A DNA stretch of 47,172 nucleotides from a virus (Duplodnaviria; Caudoviricetes): positions 1-47,172 of the IMG/VR virus record IMGVR_UViG_3300020464_000007; one strand, given 5' to 3'. A program made the translations under genes and the position numbers. Position 1 is the stretch's first letter. The number at the start of each line of letters is the position of its first letter. Below the pieces are notes generated by a model. It saw nothing but the letters and a program-made list of their open reading frames with translations, had not been told where the DNA came from and searched no databases. Of this stretch, positions 1 to 8,410 are shown piece by piece.

Positions 1-77
1 GAGAACCGGCAGGCATATTTAGATGCCCTCCGTCGTGATAACGAGATTCAAATTAAAAACGATAAGATTAGAGCAGC
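1..77 (+). repeat. Exact 77-nt direct repeat with 45169-45245 (circularity / assembly overlap)
   Basis: Identical through ...gattagagcagc; first mismatch at nt 78 (a) vs 45246 (g). Confidence 0.95.
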
Positions 78-2487
78 ACAAAGTGCAGAAACTTACAAGC
101 AACTCAGTGCTTTCTCTAAATCTGCTTTTGAGCTGTATGGTCAGCTTTCAGAAATAGATCTCAAGCGGAACCAACAGGAAAACGCTAAACTAGCTTACGC
201 TGCTGGTGCTGGTTACAAAACACTTATAGGCATCCAAGCTTTGGGTGATAACCTTACTAGGTCTGAGTTTGCTCAAACAGAGTTTATCCGTCAAAAGCTT
301 GCAGAGGGTGGTAACATAGATGCCCTTTTTAAATTGTACGAACGCCGTGCAAGTAAAGGTTTCATCAATAACATCGCTGTCGCTCAGAATACTGCCCATA
401 ACGCTGGCATTGGAATTCAGCTAGATCAGGAAAAGTTTCGTGATGAGATTCGTGAAAGCGAGGGTCGTGATCCTACAGTTGAAGAACGGCTTACACGCTT
501 AAAGACATATACAAGTGAATTGTCTGCAAGTTTTGTTGGTGAAGATGGTAGGGGTCTGAATGCAAACCTACTTGCCACGTATGTTTTCCCTACTATCCAG
601 CGTTCTGAAACAAGTATTCGTGGTGTTCTTGAAAAAGAAGGGAGAAAAGAGAAAGAATCTATTGTCAAGCAAAATTTCATGAGGCAGCTGGATCACGCCT
701 GGAATACAGGTAAAGCCGCTAAGGTGTATGAATACTTGACAGAAAAAGGCATTGCTAATGCAGCAAATTTTGAGATGTATGCTGAATGGCGTACAAATAA
801 ATCTCTTGATTTTGGACCTACCGGTCTGGACAGTAAAGACATGGAAGCTTTAGATACTTTTGTGTTTAAAGATGCTAACGGTAAAGACACTACATACTTA
901 AAATCTCGCGGTATGTTGTCTGATGGCGCTAAGTCTATGCAGGCTCGTAATGTAAGAGATAGGGCAGAAAAGCAGTTGGCTAGAGAGGCAGATGTAGAGC
1001 GGGAACGTAAGGCAAACGCTGACAGTATTGATTTTGCCAATGAAGCAATTGTTGATAATGAAGCATCACTTGAGGAATTGGAGCAAAGTCGTAGAAACGA
1101 TGCTGCTACAGGAATCCCTGGTTTTGAGTCTGAAGGTACTAAATTTTTAGCAAAAAACTTAAATACTGTACGGTTTGAAGCCCTTTTTAGACCAGACTTT
1201 ACTAAAAAATTAAATAACGGTACTCTTACTTTTGAAGACCTTAATCAAGCTGGTGTTAGTTACAAGCTTAGGCAAGAATTCTTACCTGCTCTTGAAAAGC
1301 AAAATCTTATAACACAATCGCAAGAATATAAGGATGGCGTTGAGGCTATTAAAGGTGTTATAACAACAGGAAATCCTCTTGTCGTGCGAGGGCGAGGTTC
1401 TGGTAATCGAGACCATTGGACTACCACCCAATTGGTAAATCAAGAGATTCAAGAATTTAAAAAACAAGCAATTCTACTTGACGATCCTTCACAGCTTTCT
1501 ACGCTAGCAAGCGGTAGAGTGCAGGTAATCCAAGCCAAACAAGAGTCACCTGGTTATATTGATAAGAATGGTCATTACACTTCACTTATAGCAGAAACTA
1601 AAGAGCAAGCTGAAGACTATAGAGCCATGCAATTTGAGGATGGTAAATTTATTAAAGGTAGGCTGGAGTCTAATTTTAGTGATCCTGCTGTGGCTGTAAA
1701 TGTCTATGGTCAAAATAATTTTTATGAGGATTACTACCCTATGCAAAGAGGTCAAATAACATCAAGGCTTAGGAGACGGGCTGCTCAAATGGGTATGTCA
1801 CCTTTGGCTGCTATTAACTTTCTTGCTGGTGGTGTAGGTCAACCTGCAATTGCTGAAGATGCAGCAGTACAGGCTCTTATGGAAAAAGTAGCGCCTTTGA
1901 ATAGATTAATTAACGTTTATCGTACCCCAGAACGATACAACCGGGCTGTGTCTCAAATAAACGGTGAAATTTATCCTACTCGTTTTGATAAACCTTTGCC
2001 ACCTGGTGTGCAGGGGTTAGCAGCTTTGGTTAGCTCTGGAGAAGGCAGCCCTACATCAATGTTCCCTGGTGAAAACTACCCAGAAATGCTTGACATGTCA
2101 ATTTCAGAGGTTGTCAAGTTTCAAAAAGAAAAACTAAAAGATGGACGGGCTTCTGCTGCAGTAGGTTCTTACCAAATCCTATATCCTGAAGTAGCTGCTA
2201 AACGTGTTGGTATTTCATTGGATGAAAAATTTACCCCTGAAAACCAACTTAAGATGTTTATGGGTACTTTGTTTAATAAACCTGGTAGAGAAAACCTTGC
2301 AGCGTATTTGCAAGGAAAGAGTGATGACATTGAGCTAGCCATGGATGAACTGTCACAAGAATACGCTTCGATTGAATATAGAAACGGTCGTAGTTATTAT
2401 GATGATGGTGTAAACAAAGCAAGTATTAGCCGAGAAAAGCTTCGCTCTGCTATGATTTCTGCACGAGAAGAACTTACTAATCAGTAA
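1..2487 (+). CDS. Internal virion protein (T7 gp15-like) with C-terminal lysozyme/lytic transglycosylase-like domain; 5'-truncated at window edge
   Basis: Frame is open from nt 1 (ENRQAYLDALRR...). Joining 44944-45168 to it gives ~903 aa. It lies between gp14-like and gp16-like genes. The C-terminus has SSGEG...SAAVGSYQI...FTPENQ, resembling lambda-type muramidase motifs. Confidence 0.8.
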   Translation, partial: ENRQAYLDALRRDNEIQIKNDKIRAAQSAETYKQLSAFSKSAFELYGQLSEIDLKRNQQENAKLAYAAGAGYKTLIGIQALGDNLTRSEFAQTEFIRQKLAEGGNIDALFKLYERRASKGFINNIAVAQNTAHNAGIGIQLDQEKFRDEIRESEGRDPTVEERLTRLKTYTSELSASFVGEDGRGLNANLLATYVFPTIQRSETSIRGVLEKEGRKEKESIVKQNFMRQLDHAWNTGKAAKVYEYLTEKGIANAANFEMYAEWRTNKSLDFGPTGLDSKDMEALDTFVFKDANGKDTTYLKSRGMLSDGAKSMQARNVRDRAEKQLAREADVERERKANADSIDFANEAIVDNEASLEELEQSRRNDAATGIPGFESEGTKFLAKNLNTVRFEALFRPDFTKKLNNGTLTFEDLNQAGVSYKLRQEFLPALEKQNLITQSQEYKDGVEAIKGVITTGNPLVVRGRGSGNRDHWTTTQLVNQEIQEFKKQAILLDDPSQLSTLASGRVQVIQAKQESPGYIDKNGHYTSLIAETKEQAEDYRAMQFEDGKFIKGRLESNFSDPAVAVNVYGQNNFYEDYYPMQRGQITSRLRRRAAQMGMSPLAAINFLAGGVGQPAIAEDAAVQALMEKVAPLNRLINVYRTPERYNRAVSQINGEIYPTRFDKPLPPGVQGLAALVSSGEGSPTSMFPGENYPEMLDMSISEVVKFQKEKLKDGRASAAVGSYQILYPEVAAKRVGISLDEKFTPENQLKMFMGTLFNKPGRENLAAYLQGKSDDIELAMDELSQEYASIEYRNGRSYYDDGVNKASISREKLRSAMISAREELTNQ

Positions 2488-2489
2488 TT

Positions 2490-5400
2490 ATGAATGATTA
2501 TGAAGAACAACTTTCAGGGGGTACGCTCCCAGAGTTAAGTCTAGAGGAAAGAGCTGAGCTTGAAGCTGAGCAACAAAGAATCCAAAGTGAACTAGAGTTA
2601 ACTCAACCGGAAGTTGGACAACCTGAGGTGTCCCAGGCTGCAGCTACGGCTGCTCCTGTAGAGGCACCTCCGCAACAAACAGAAGAACCATTAATTAATG
2701 GTCGTCCACTAAGTTATTACGCGGATCCGACTGGTGCTGAGGCAATGGTAGCGGGTGTAGAGGATTTTGTTCTCGATGCTCTAAATCTCATCCCCAATGT
2801 AGATATTCCTAAAGCTCCTAAATTTGAAAACGACATCAATCAAAGTGTTCGGGAGATCTCTTCTATTGTTATCCCTACCGTAGCACTTGGTGGAGCTGGT
2901 TCTGCTGGTCTTGCAGCTCGTGCTGGTCAAGTAGGTAAAGTAACTAAACTCGGTAAGTTTCTTAACGATCCACTTACCAGGCATATAGGTAACATGGCAT
3001 TCCAGGCTGGTACTGGTGCTGCTGTGGACTACACAGTGGAGATCAACCAACAGGACGATAACCTGGCTGGTACACTTCGTAAGACATGGCCCCGGTGGTG
3101 GGGCTGGGTACCTGAAGACCTTGCTACACTTGATAGTGACAGCCCCGAAACTAAGCGTGCTAAGAACGTAACAGAAGGTGCATACCTTGGTGTTGGTACT
3201 GACATGCTGCTTGGTCTTAACAAGCTGTTCCGCAGTGTACGTGGTCTGCAACAGGGTGCACCAGTCCCTAAAACTGAAAAGGCTGCTGCTGCTCTTAAGC
3301 GTATGCGTGTACAAGAGGGTGACGTAGAAGATGTTATCGAAGCATCTGCTGCAAAACGTTCTGATTCTTTGGATGAACTTGGTAGCTACAATGCAACTAA
3401 CGCAACTGATCCTAACAACCCTATCTTTGGTTACCATGATCTTTATGGTTACCAAGAGGTCGGTACACGTTCTGTAGACGACCTGGGTATTGTCGGTGCT
3501 TCTATCGACGCTGCACGTATTGCTGGTGACATTGATACTGTATATGGTCGTATTGGTAACTCAGTATCTGAGGGTGCTCTTAAGTTTAGCCTTGAGGGTG
3601 TTGAAAACCAACAGGCAGTACAGAAGGGTCTTGCTGATGTTTTGACTGAAGCAGATGAATACGGTTACCGTACTGCAACAGGTAAGGAGATTGGCAGTGA
3701 ACAGATTAAAGATGCTGGTGAACGCCTGGCTGCTACATTCTACGAGAAAAACGTAGATGAACTGCGTGATAGCCTTGCTCAATATCAACGCCTCAACCAA
3801 ACTACTAATGCCACTGTGCTGTCTGAAACAGCTTACAAAGGTGTTGTAGGTGCGCTAAATAAGTACATGGATGATTTTGTCAACATGGATTACATGCGTG
3901 CACAAGCGTACGTAGGTACTTCCTTTGCTGGACAGATCTCTGACATGGCACAAGGTATGCGCCTTACTGAAGGTACACCTGCTATTGAACGTGCACAGGA
4001 ACAGATCCTTGATCGTATGGAGTTCCTGATGGTACAGAAGAACATCACTGCTTACTCCGACAAACGGTTTAAGGGGATGTTTGGTTTGTTTAATAAATTG
4101 TCTAAGTCTGATGCAGACTCTATGACTATTGCAGAAGCAAACCGTATTCAAGCAGCTATTAAAGGTGCAGAGGATGAGACTGCTGCAGCTGTAGCTAAGA
4201 TTAAAGAGGAAGCTAAATTTACAGTTGACAACTTGCGTGAGATCGCAGCTGAACAACCTGAAATGCTAAAGCCTTTGATGCTTGCTTATGAGATGACTGA
4301 CGGTAACGTCGATACCATCACTAAGATGAACCGGTATCTAAAAGAATCTACTGGTATCCTTAGGAAAGCGTTTATTGACCTTAACCCTGAGATCCCTTCT
4401 GTTGTTCTCAAAGGTTTCTTCTCAAACGTGTACAACGGTACACTGAGTGCTTTCGGTACACCAATCAAAGCAGGTTTGTCTGCTGGTGCTCAGATCATTG
4501 AAAAACCGTTGCGTGGCATGGTAGGCGGTATGCTTAACGGCGATATGTCTACTGTACGTAGGAGCTGGTATCAATACAGTGCGTTTGGTGATGCACTGCA
4601 AGGTTCATTTGCTTACATGAAGCAGGTGTTCAAACGGTCTGGTATGGATCCTGAAGTGGTTGCACTTCGTGAAGACTACGGTATGCCTTCTAGGCAGCTT
4701 GAACTTATTAACTCATTTGCTGATGCTAAGGCTGCTCAAGGTGACTATGGTCCGCAAGTGTTTGCTGAAATGGTAAACAACATGCAAGACCTTGCTAATC
4801 ATCCCTGGCTCCGGTTTGGACAACGTTCTATGCAAGCTTTGGATGGTTTCACCCAATCAATGGTTGGTTTCGCTGAAGCCCGTGGTCGTGCATACGATAA
4901 CATTACCAAAGGTGGTTTGCTGGAGTTTGATGCAGAGAAGGCTGGTGAACTGTCACAAAAGGTTTACAGCAAGATGTTTGATGACACTGGTCTGATTACA
5001 GACGAAGCTGTCAGTAAATCTGCTGGTGAAATTGCACTTAACCTTGACAACGCAGCTACAGATGCTGTGTCTCAGCTTATCAGGCGTGCTCCTATTCTCC
5101 GTCCATTCCTGCTGTTTACCAAAACACCTCTGAACGAACTGGCATTGTCAGCTTCTTATAACCCAGTAGGTGTGTTTGTTAAGGACATGAATGCGTTCAA
5201 AGAACCATTTGAAAACATGCCTTACAATGAGGTTGAGCAGCTACTGGCAGCCCGTGGTATCGAAGTAACTCCTAACACTGTACGTGCTAAGTACGAAGAA
5301 ATCCGAGCTGACCTAAAGGGTCGTAAAGCTCTGGGTGCTTTGATGGTTAGCGGTGCTACCTACATGGCTCTTAACGATAACATCACTGGTAACGGTCTTT

Positions 5401-6377
5401 ATGACAAACAAAAGCAAGCTGCACGTAGGAATCAAGATTGGAAACCCCGTTCTATTCGACTGCCTGGCGGTCAATGGGTGAGCTACGATAACCTTGGTCC
5501 TATTACAACTTGGTTGTCTTTGACAGTTGATGTTATTGACAACTTTGATAGCCTTGCATCTAATGAAATCGGTGAGCAATTCCGTAAGTTAGGTTTTGTC
5601 CTTAGCTCTGCTATTACTGACAAAACAGCCTTGTCTGGTCTTGAACCTCTTATGGACATCATTAGCGGCAACCCCGGTGCTCTTACCAAATGGAGTTCTA
5701 GTTTCCTTACCAGTGCTACCGTACCCGGTTCTAGCCAGCTTGCAGAAATCTCACGTCTGATGGACCCAGGTCTTAAAGAAGTTGAGATGGAACTGTTTGA
5801 CATGATGCGTAACCGAAACCCACTTACCAAAGGCCAGCTTCCTGCTAAGTATGACTACATTGATGGTGGTGAGGTTGGTGTCCCTGACAACATTATGTCT
5901 AGGGTTTGGAATACGTACATGCCTTGGAAGGTCAACGGTAAGATTAGTAAGCGTAAGCAATTCTTGATTGATATTGAGTACGATGCACGTCCTACCTTGA
6001 ACACTTACAGGAAGGTCAAGCTGACCAACGAAGAACGTTCTGACATCCTTCAGATTATGGGACGTGATGAATTGTTTGCAGAAGGCATTGACCGTGTTAT
6101 GAAGCGTGTACCTGGTGGTGTCGAAGGTTTCCGTAAGCGTTACATGGAAGCCGTCAATGCTGGTCTTAATCCTGATCTAAGCACGTTTGAAGGTATTCAT
6201 AATGCTATTGACCAGGAACTTAGGTATGCAATGGATCTAGCAATTGCTGCTTCACCGACCCATTCCGACATGACTCGTAGACGTTATATCCAAGAAGTTA
6301 GTACAGATCTACTTAGCAACGGGAAGCAAGACGAAGCTCAGCGTTTCCTTGACTACATGGAACAGTTTTCTAGGTAA
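2490..6377 (+). CDS. Internal virion protein (T7 gp16-like), 1295 aa
   Basis: Size and position between gp15-like and tail fibre genes; helical, Ala/Gly-rich sequence. Confidence 0.8.
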   Translation: MNDYEEQLSGGTLPELSLEERAELEAEQQRIQSELELTQPEVGQPEVSQAAATAAPVEAPPQQTEEPLINGRPLSYYADPTGAEAMVAGVEDFVLDALNLIPNVDIPKAPKFENDINQSVREISSIVIPTVALGGAGSAGLAARAGQVGKVTKLGKFLNDPLTRHIGNMAFQAGTGAAVDYTVEINQQDDNLAGTLRKTWPRWWGWVPEDLATLDSDSPETKRAKNVTEGAYLGVGTDMLLGLNKLFRSVRGLQQGAPVPKTEKAAAALKRMRVQEGDVEDVIEASAAKRSDSLDELGSYNATNATDPNNPIFGYHDLYGYQEVGTRSVDDLGIVGASIDAARIAGDIDTVYGRIGNSVSEGALKFSLEGVENQQAVQKGLADVLTEADEYGYRTATGKEIGSEQIKDAGERLAATFYEKNVDELRDSLAQYQRLNQTTNATVLSETAYKGVVGALNKYMDDFVNMDYMRAQAYVGTSFAGQISDMAQGMRLTEGTPAIERAQEQILDRMEFLMVQKNITAYSDKRFKGMFGLFNKLSKSDADSMTIAEANRIQAAIKGAEDETAAAVAKIKEEAKFTVDNLREIAAEQPEMLKPLMLAYEMTDGNVDTITKMNRYLKESTGILRKAFIDLNPEIPSVVLKGFFSNVYNGTLSAFGTPIKAGLSAGAQIIEKPLRGMVGGMLNGDMSTVRRSWYQYSAFGDALQGSFAYMKQVFKRSGMDPEVVALREDYGMPSRQLELINSFADAKAAQGDYGPQVFAEMVNNMQDLANHPWLRFGQRSMQALDGFTQSMVGFAEARGRAYDNITKGGLLEFDAEKAGELSQKVYSKMFDDTGLITDEAVSKSAGEIALNLDNAATDAVSQLIRRAPILRPFLLFTKTPLNELALSASYNPVGVFVKDMNAFKEPFENMPYNEVEQLLAARGIEVTPNTVRAKYEEIRADLKGRKALGALMVSGATYMALNDNITGNGLYDKQKQAARRNQDWKPRSIRLPGGQWVSYDNLGPITTWLSLTVDVIDNFDSLASNEIGEQFRKLGFVLSSAITDKTALSGLEPLMDIISGNPGALTKWSSSFLTSATVPGSSQLAEISRLMDPGLKEVEMELFDMMRNRNPLTKGQLPAKYDYIDGGEVGVPDNIMSRVWNTYMPWKVNGKISKRKQFLIDIEYDARPTLNTYRKVKLTNEERSDILQIMGRDELFAEGIDRVMKRVPGGVEGFRKRYMEAVNAGLNPDLSTFEGIHNAIDQELRYAMDLAIAASPTHSDMTRRRYIQEVSTDLLSNGKQDEAQRFLDYMEQFSR

Positions 6378-6392
6378 TTTACTTAAAGCGTA

Positions 6393-7700
6393 ATGGCAAT
6401 TACACAAAATACATATACAGGGGATGGCAGTACAACTGCCTATTCTTTTACATTTCCATATCTTGAAACTACAGACATTAAGGTAAGCCTTGATGCTGTA
6501 GACACAACTGCATACACACTGTCAAACGCAACAACCATTTCATTTACCACTGCTCCTGCTAGTGGTGTAGCTATTCGTATTTATCGTAATACAAATAGTG
6601 ACAACCTGAAAGCCACCTTCTTTCCTGGTTCTGCTATCAAAGCGGAAGACCTTAATACCAACTTCACCCAAAACCTCTACGTCACACAGGAAACTGATAT
6701 TGATGTAGACACTGCAAACACTACTGCTAATACAGCGAAAACTACAGCTGATACTGCAATTGCAACTGCAAACTCGGCAACTACCACTGCTAATGCCGCT
6801 TCTGCGCTAGCAACTACTGCTGATACCAATGCTAGTGCTGCAGTTACTACGGCTAACACTGCAAGTACAAACGCAACCACAGCTCTCAACAACTCGCGTG
6901 AGTCTGATGGTTCTGGCGGTTTTACAAGTGCTATTGACAAAGCTACGACTGCTACTACAACCGCTAATACTGCTCTGACAAACTCTCGTGAGTCAGATGG
7001 TAGCGGCGGCTTTACTAGCGCAATTGACAAAGCAAACACTGCTTTGACGACAGCTAACAGTGCAAATACCAGTGCAACGTCTGCAGTTTCCACTGCTAAT
7101 ACTGCAAGTTCCGACGCTTCGACAGCACTTAGCACCGCTAATGCAGCTAGTGCTGCTGTGTCGAATGCTGTGCTGTTTACGCTTGTTACTAACGTAGCAT
7201 CTATTCCTGGAAGCCCTTCTAACAACGATTACATCGAGATTGGTAACAGTACAGGCATTGAGTCCTTTACACCTCTCTCAGGGCTTCCTAGTGGGTTTGT
7301 AGGAGCTTCTGGTCTTACCGTCCGTCTGCGGTACGACAGCTCAGCTACCAGCTGGGTGTTCATGAGCTACTTTGCTAATGACAGTGAAACACGTTATTTG
7401 ACTAAGAACGTACCAGTGGTTACTGGTGACTCAACAAATGGTTCTGGTCAGATCACTTTAAACTGTGAGGTGAATACTCACGGTGTAACTATTAAAGGTC
7501 CAGCACATAGTGCAGCAGCAACTTATACGTTAACCCTTCCTGTTAACACAGGTAGTGCAGATCAAGCCTTGACTACTGATGGGTCTGGTGTGCTCTCTTG
7601 GGCTGACGCTGGTGCGCCAACTATTGATGCTGGAAACTTTAATACTGGCGGTTCACTTGTTACAACTACTAAAACTTTTGACGGAGGATCTTTCGACTAA
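6393..7700 (+). CDS. Tail fibre protein (T7 gp17-like N-terminal adaptor, Ala/Thr-rich shaft)
   Basis: N-terminus TYTGDGSTTAYSFTFPYL...IRIYRNT...F..GS.IKAEDLN is typical of the gp17 N-domain; TANTA-type heptad repeats follow. Confidence 0.9.
   Translation: MAITQNTYTGDGSTTAYSFTFPYLETTDIKVSLDAVDTTAYTLSNATTISFTTAPASGVAIRIYRNTNSDNLKATFFPGSAIKAEDLNTNFTQNLYVTQETDIDVDTANTTANTAKTTADTAIATANSATTTANAASALATTADTNASAAVTTANTASTNATTALNNSRESDGSGGFTSAIDKATTATTTANTALTNSRESDGSGGFTSAIDKANTALTTANSANTSATSAVSTANTASSDASTALSTANAASAAVSNAVLFTLVTNVASIPGSPSNNDYIEIGNSTGIESFTPLSGLPSGFVGASGLTVRLRYDSSATSWVFMSYFANDSETRYLTKNVPVVTGDSTNGSGQITLNCEVNTHGVTIKGPAHSAAATYTLTLPVNTGSADQALTTDGSGVLSWADAGAPTIDAGNFNTGGSLVTTTKTFDGGSFD
6891..7034 (+). 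repeat. Internal 18-aa duplication NSRESDGSGGFTSAIDKA (6891-6944, 6981-7034)
   Basis: Identical peptide, synonymously diverged DNA, 90-nt spacing. Confidence 0.9.
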
Positions 7701-8410
7701 TGCCTACACCTACTAACAGAACTCCCGTGCGTGTTGCACGCGGTACTTACTCTAACCTCAACTCCTCTGTCTCTGACATCCAGGAAGGGGAGATTTGCTA
7801 CGCAACTGACCAAGATAAACTATATGTAAAAGAGGGTAGCAGCCTTGTAGATGCCTCTACCACTGACATCTCTGGTAAGGCAAATATTGCATCTCCTACC
7901 TTTACTGGCACTCCTGCAGCGCCTACTGCTACTGCTGGAACTAACACTACTCAGATTGCTACTACTGCTTTTGTAACGACTGCAGTACCTGACATCAGCG
8001 GTAAAGCTAATACTTCTGACATCGGTACAACCATCCAGGCGTATGACGCCGACACTGCAAAGACTGACACTGCTCAGACCTTTACTGCAGCACAACGGGG
8101 CACTATCTCTACCCTGACTGACGGAGCAACAATTACTCCTGACTTTGCAACAGCTAATAACTTTACTGTCACCCTTGGTGGTAACAGGACTATTGCTAAC
8201 CCAACCAACCTAACTGCTGGACAGTCTGGTTCCATCTTCATTGTGCAAGATGGCACGGGCAGCCGTACAGGTGCCTGGGGTTCTTACTGGGACTTTGCTG
8301 CGGGGGCAGCACCCACGCTTACGACCGATGCTAACGCTATTGATCGCGTGGACTATGTCGTTCGCAGTTCTACTTCTATCCACACCGTATTTACAGGTAA
8401 CTACTCATGA
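7700..8410 (+). CDS. Tail fibre-associated protein
   Basis: Contains SPTFTGTPAAPTATAGTNTTQIATTAFV fibre repeat and an N-terminal EGEICYATDQDKLYV motif; TAATG-coupled to the upstream gene. Confidence 0.75.
   Translation: MPTPTNRTPVRVARGTYSNLNSSVSDIQEGEICYATDQDKLYVKEGSSLVDASTTDISGKANIASPTFTGTPAAPTATAGTNTTQIATTAFVTTAVPDISGKANTSDIGTTIQAYDADTAKTDTAQTFTAAQRGTISTLTDGATITPDFATANNFTVTLGGNRTIANPTNLTAGQSGSIFIVQDGTGSRTGAWGSYWDFAAGAAPTLTTDANAIDRVDYVVRSSTSIHTVFTGNYS

Noticed and set aside
1-2000. Interpreting the end-to-end similarity as the phage's terminal direct repeat
   Set aside because: It falls mid-gene, is exact for only 77 nt and then diverges; T7-like terminal repeats are expected near 19.1-19.4 kb.
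2781-5960. Several minus-strand ORFs inside gp16
   Set aside because: Fully nested antisense frames without recognisable features.
6677-7225. 182-aa antisense Ala/Val-rich ORF that looks like a membrane protein
   Set aside because: Mirror of the ACT/GCT/AAT-rich tail fibre repeats.
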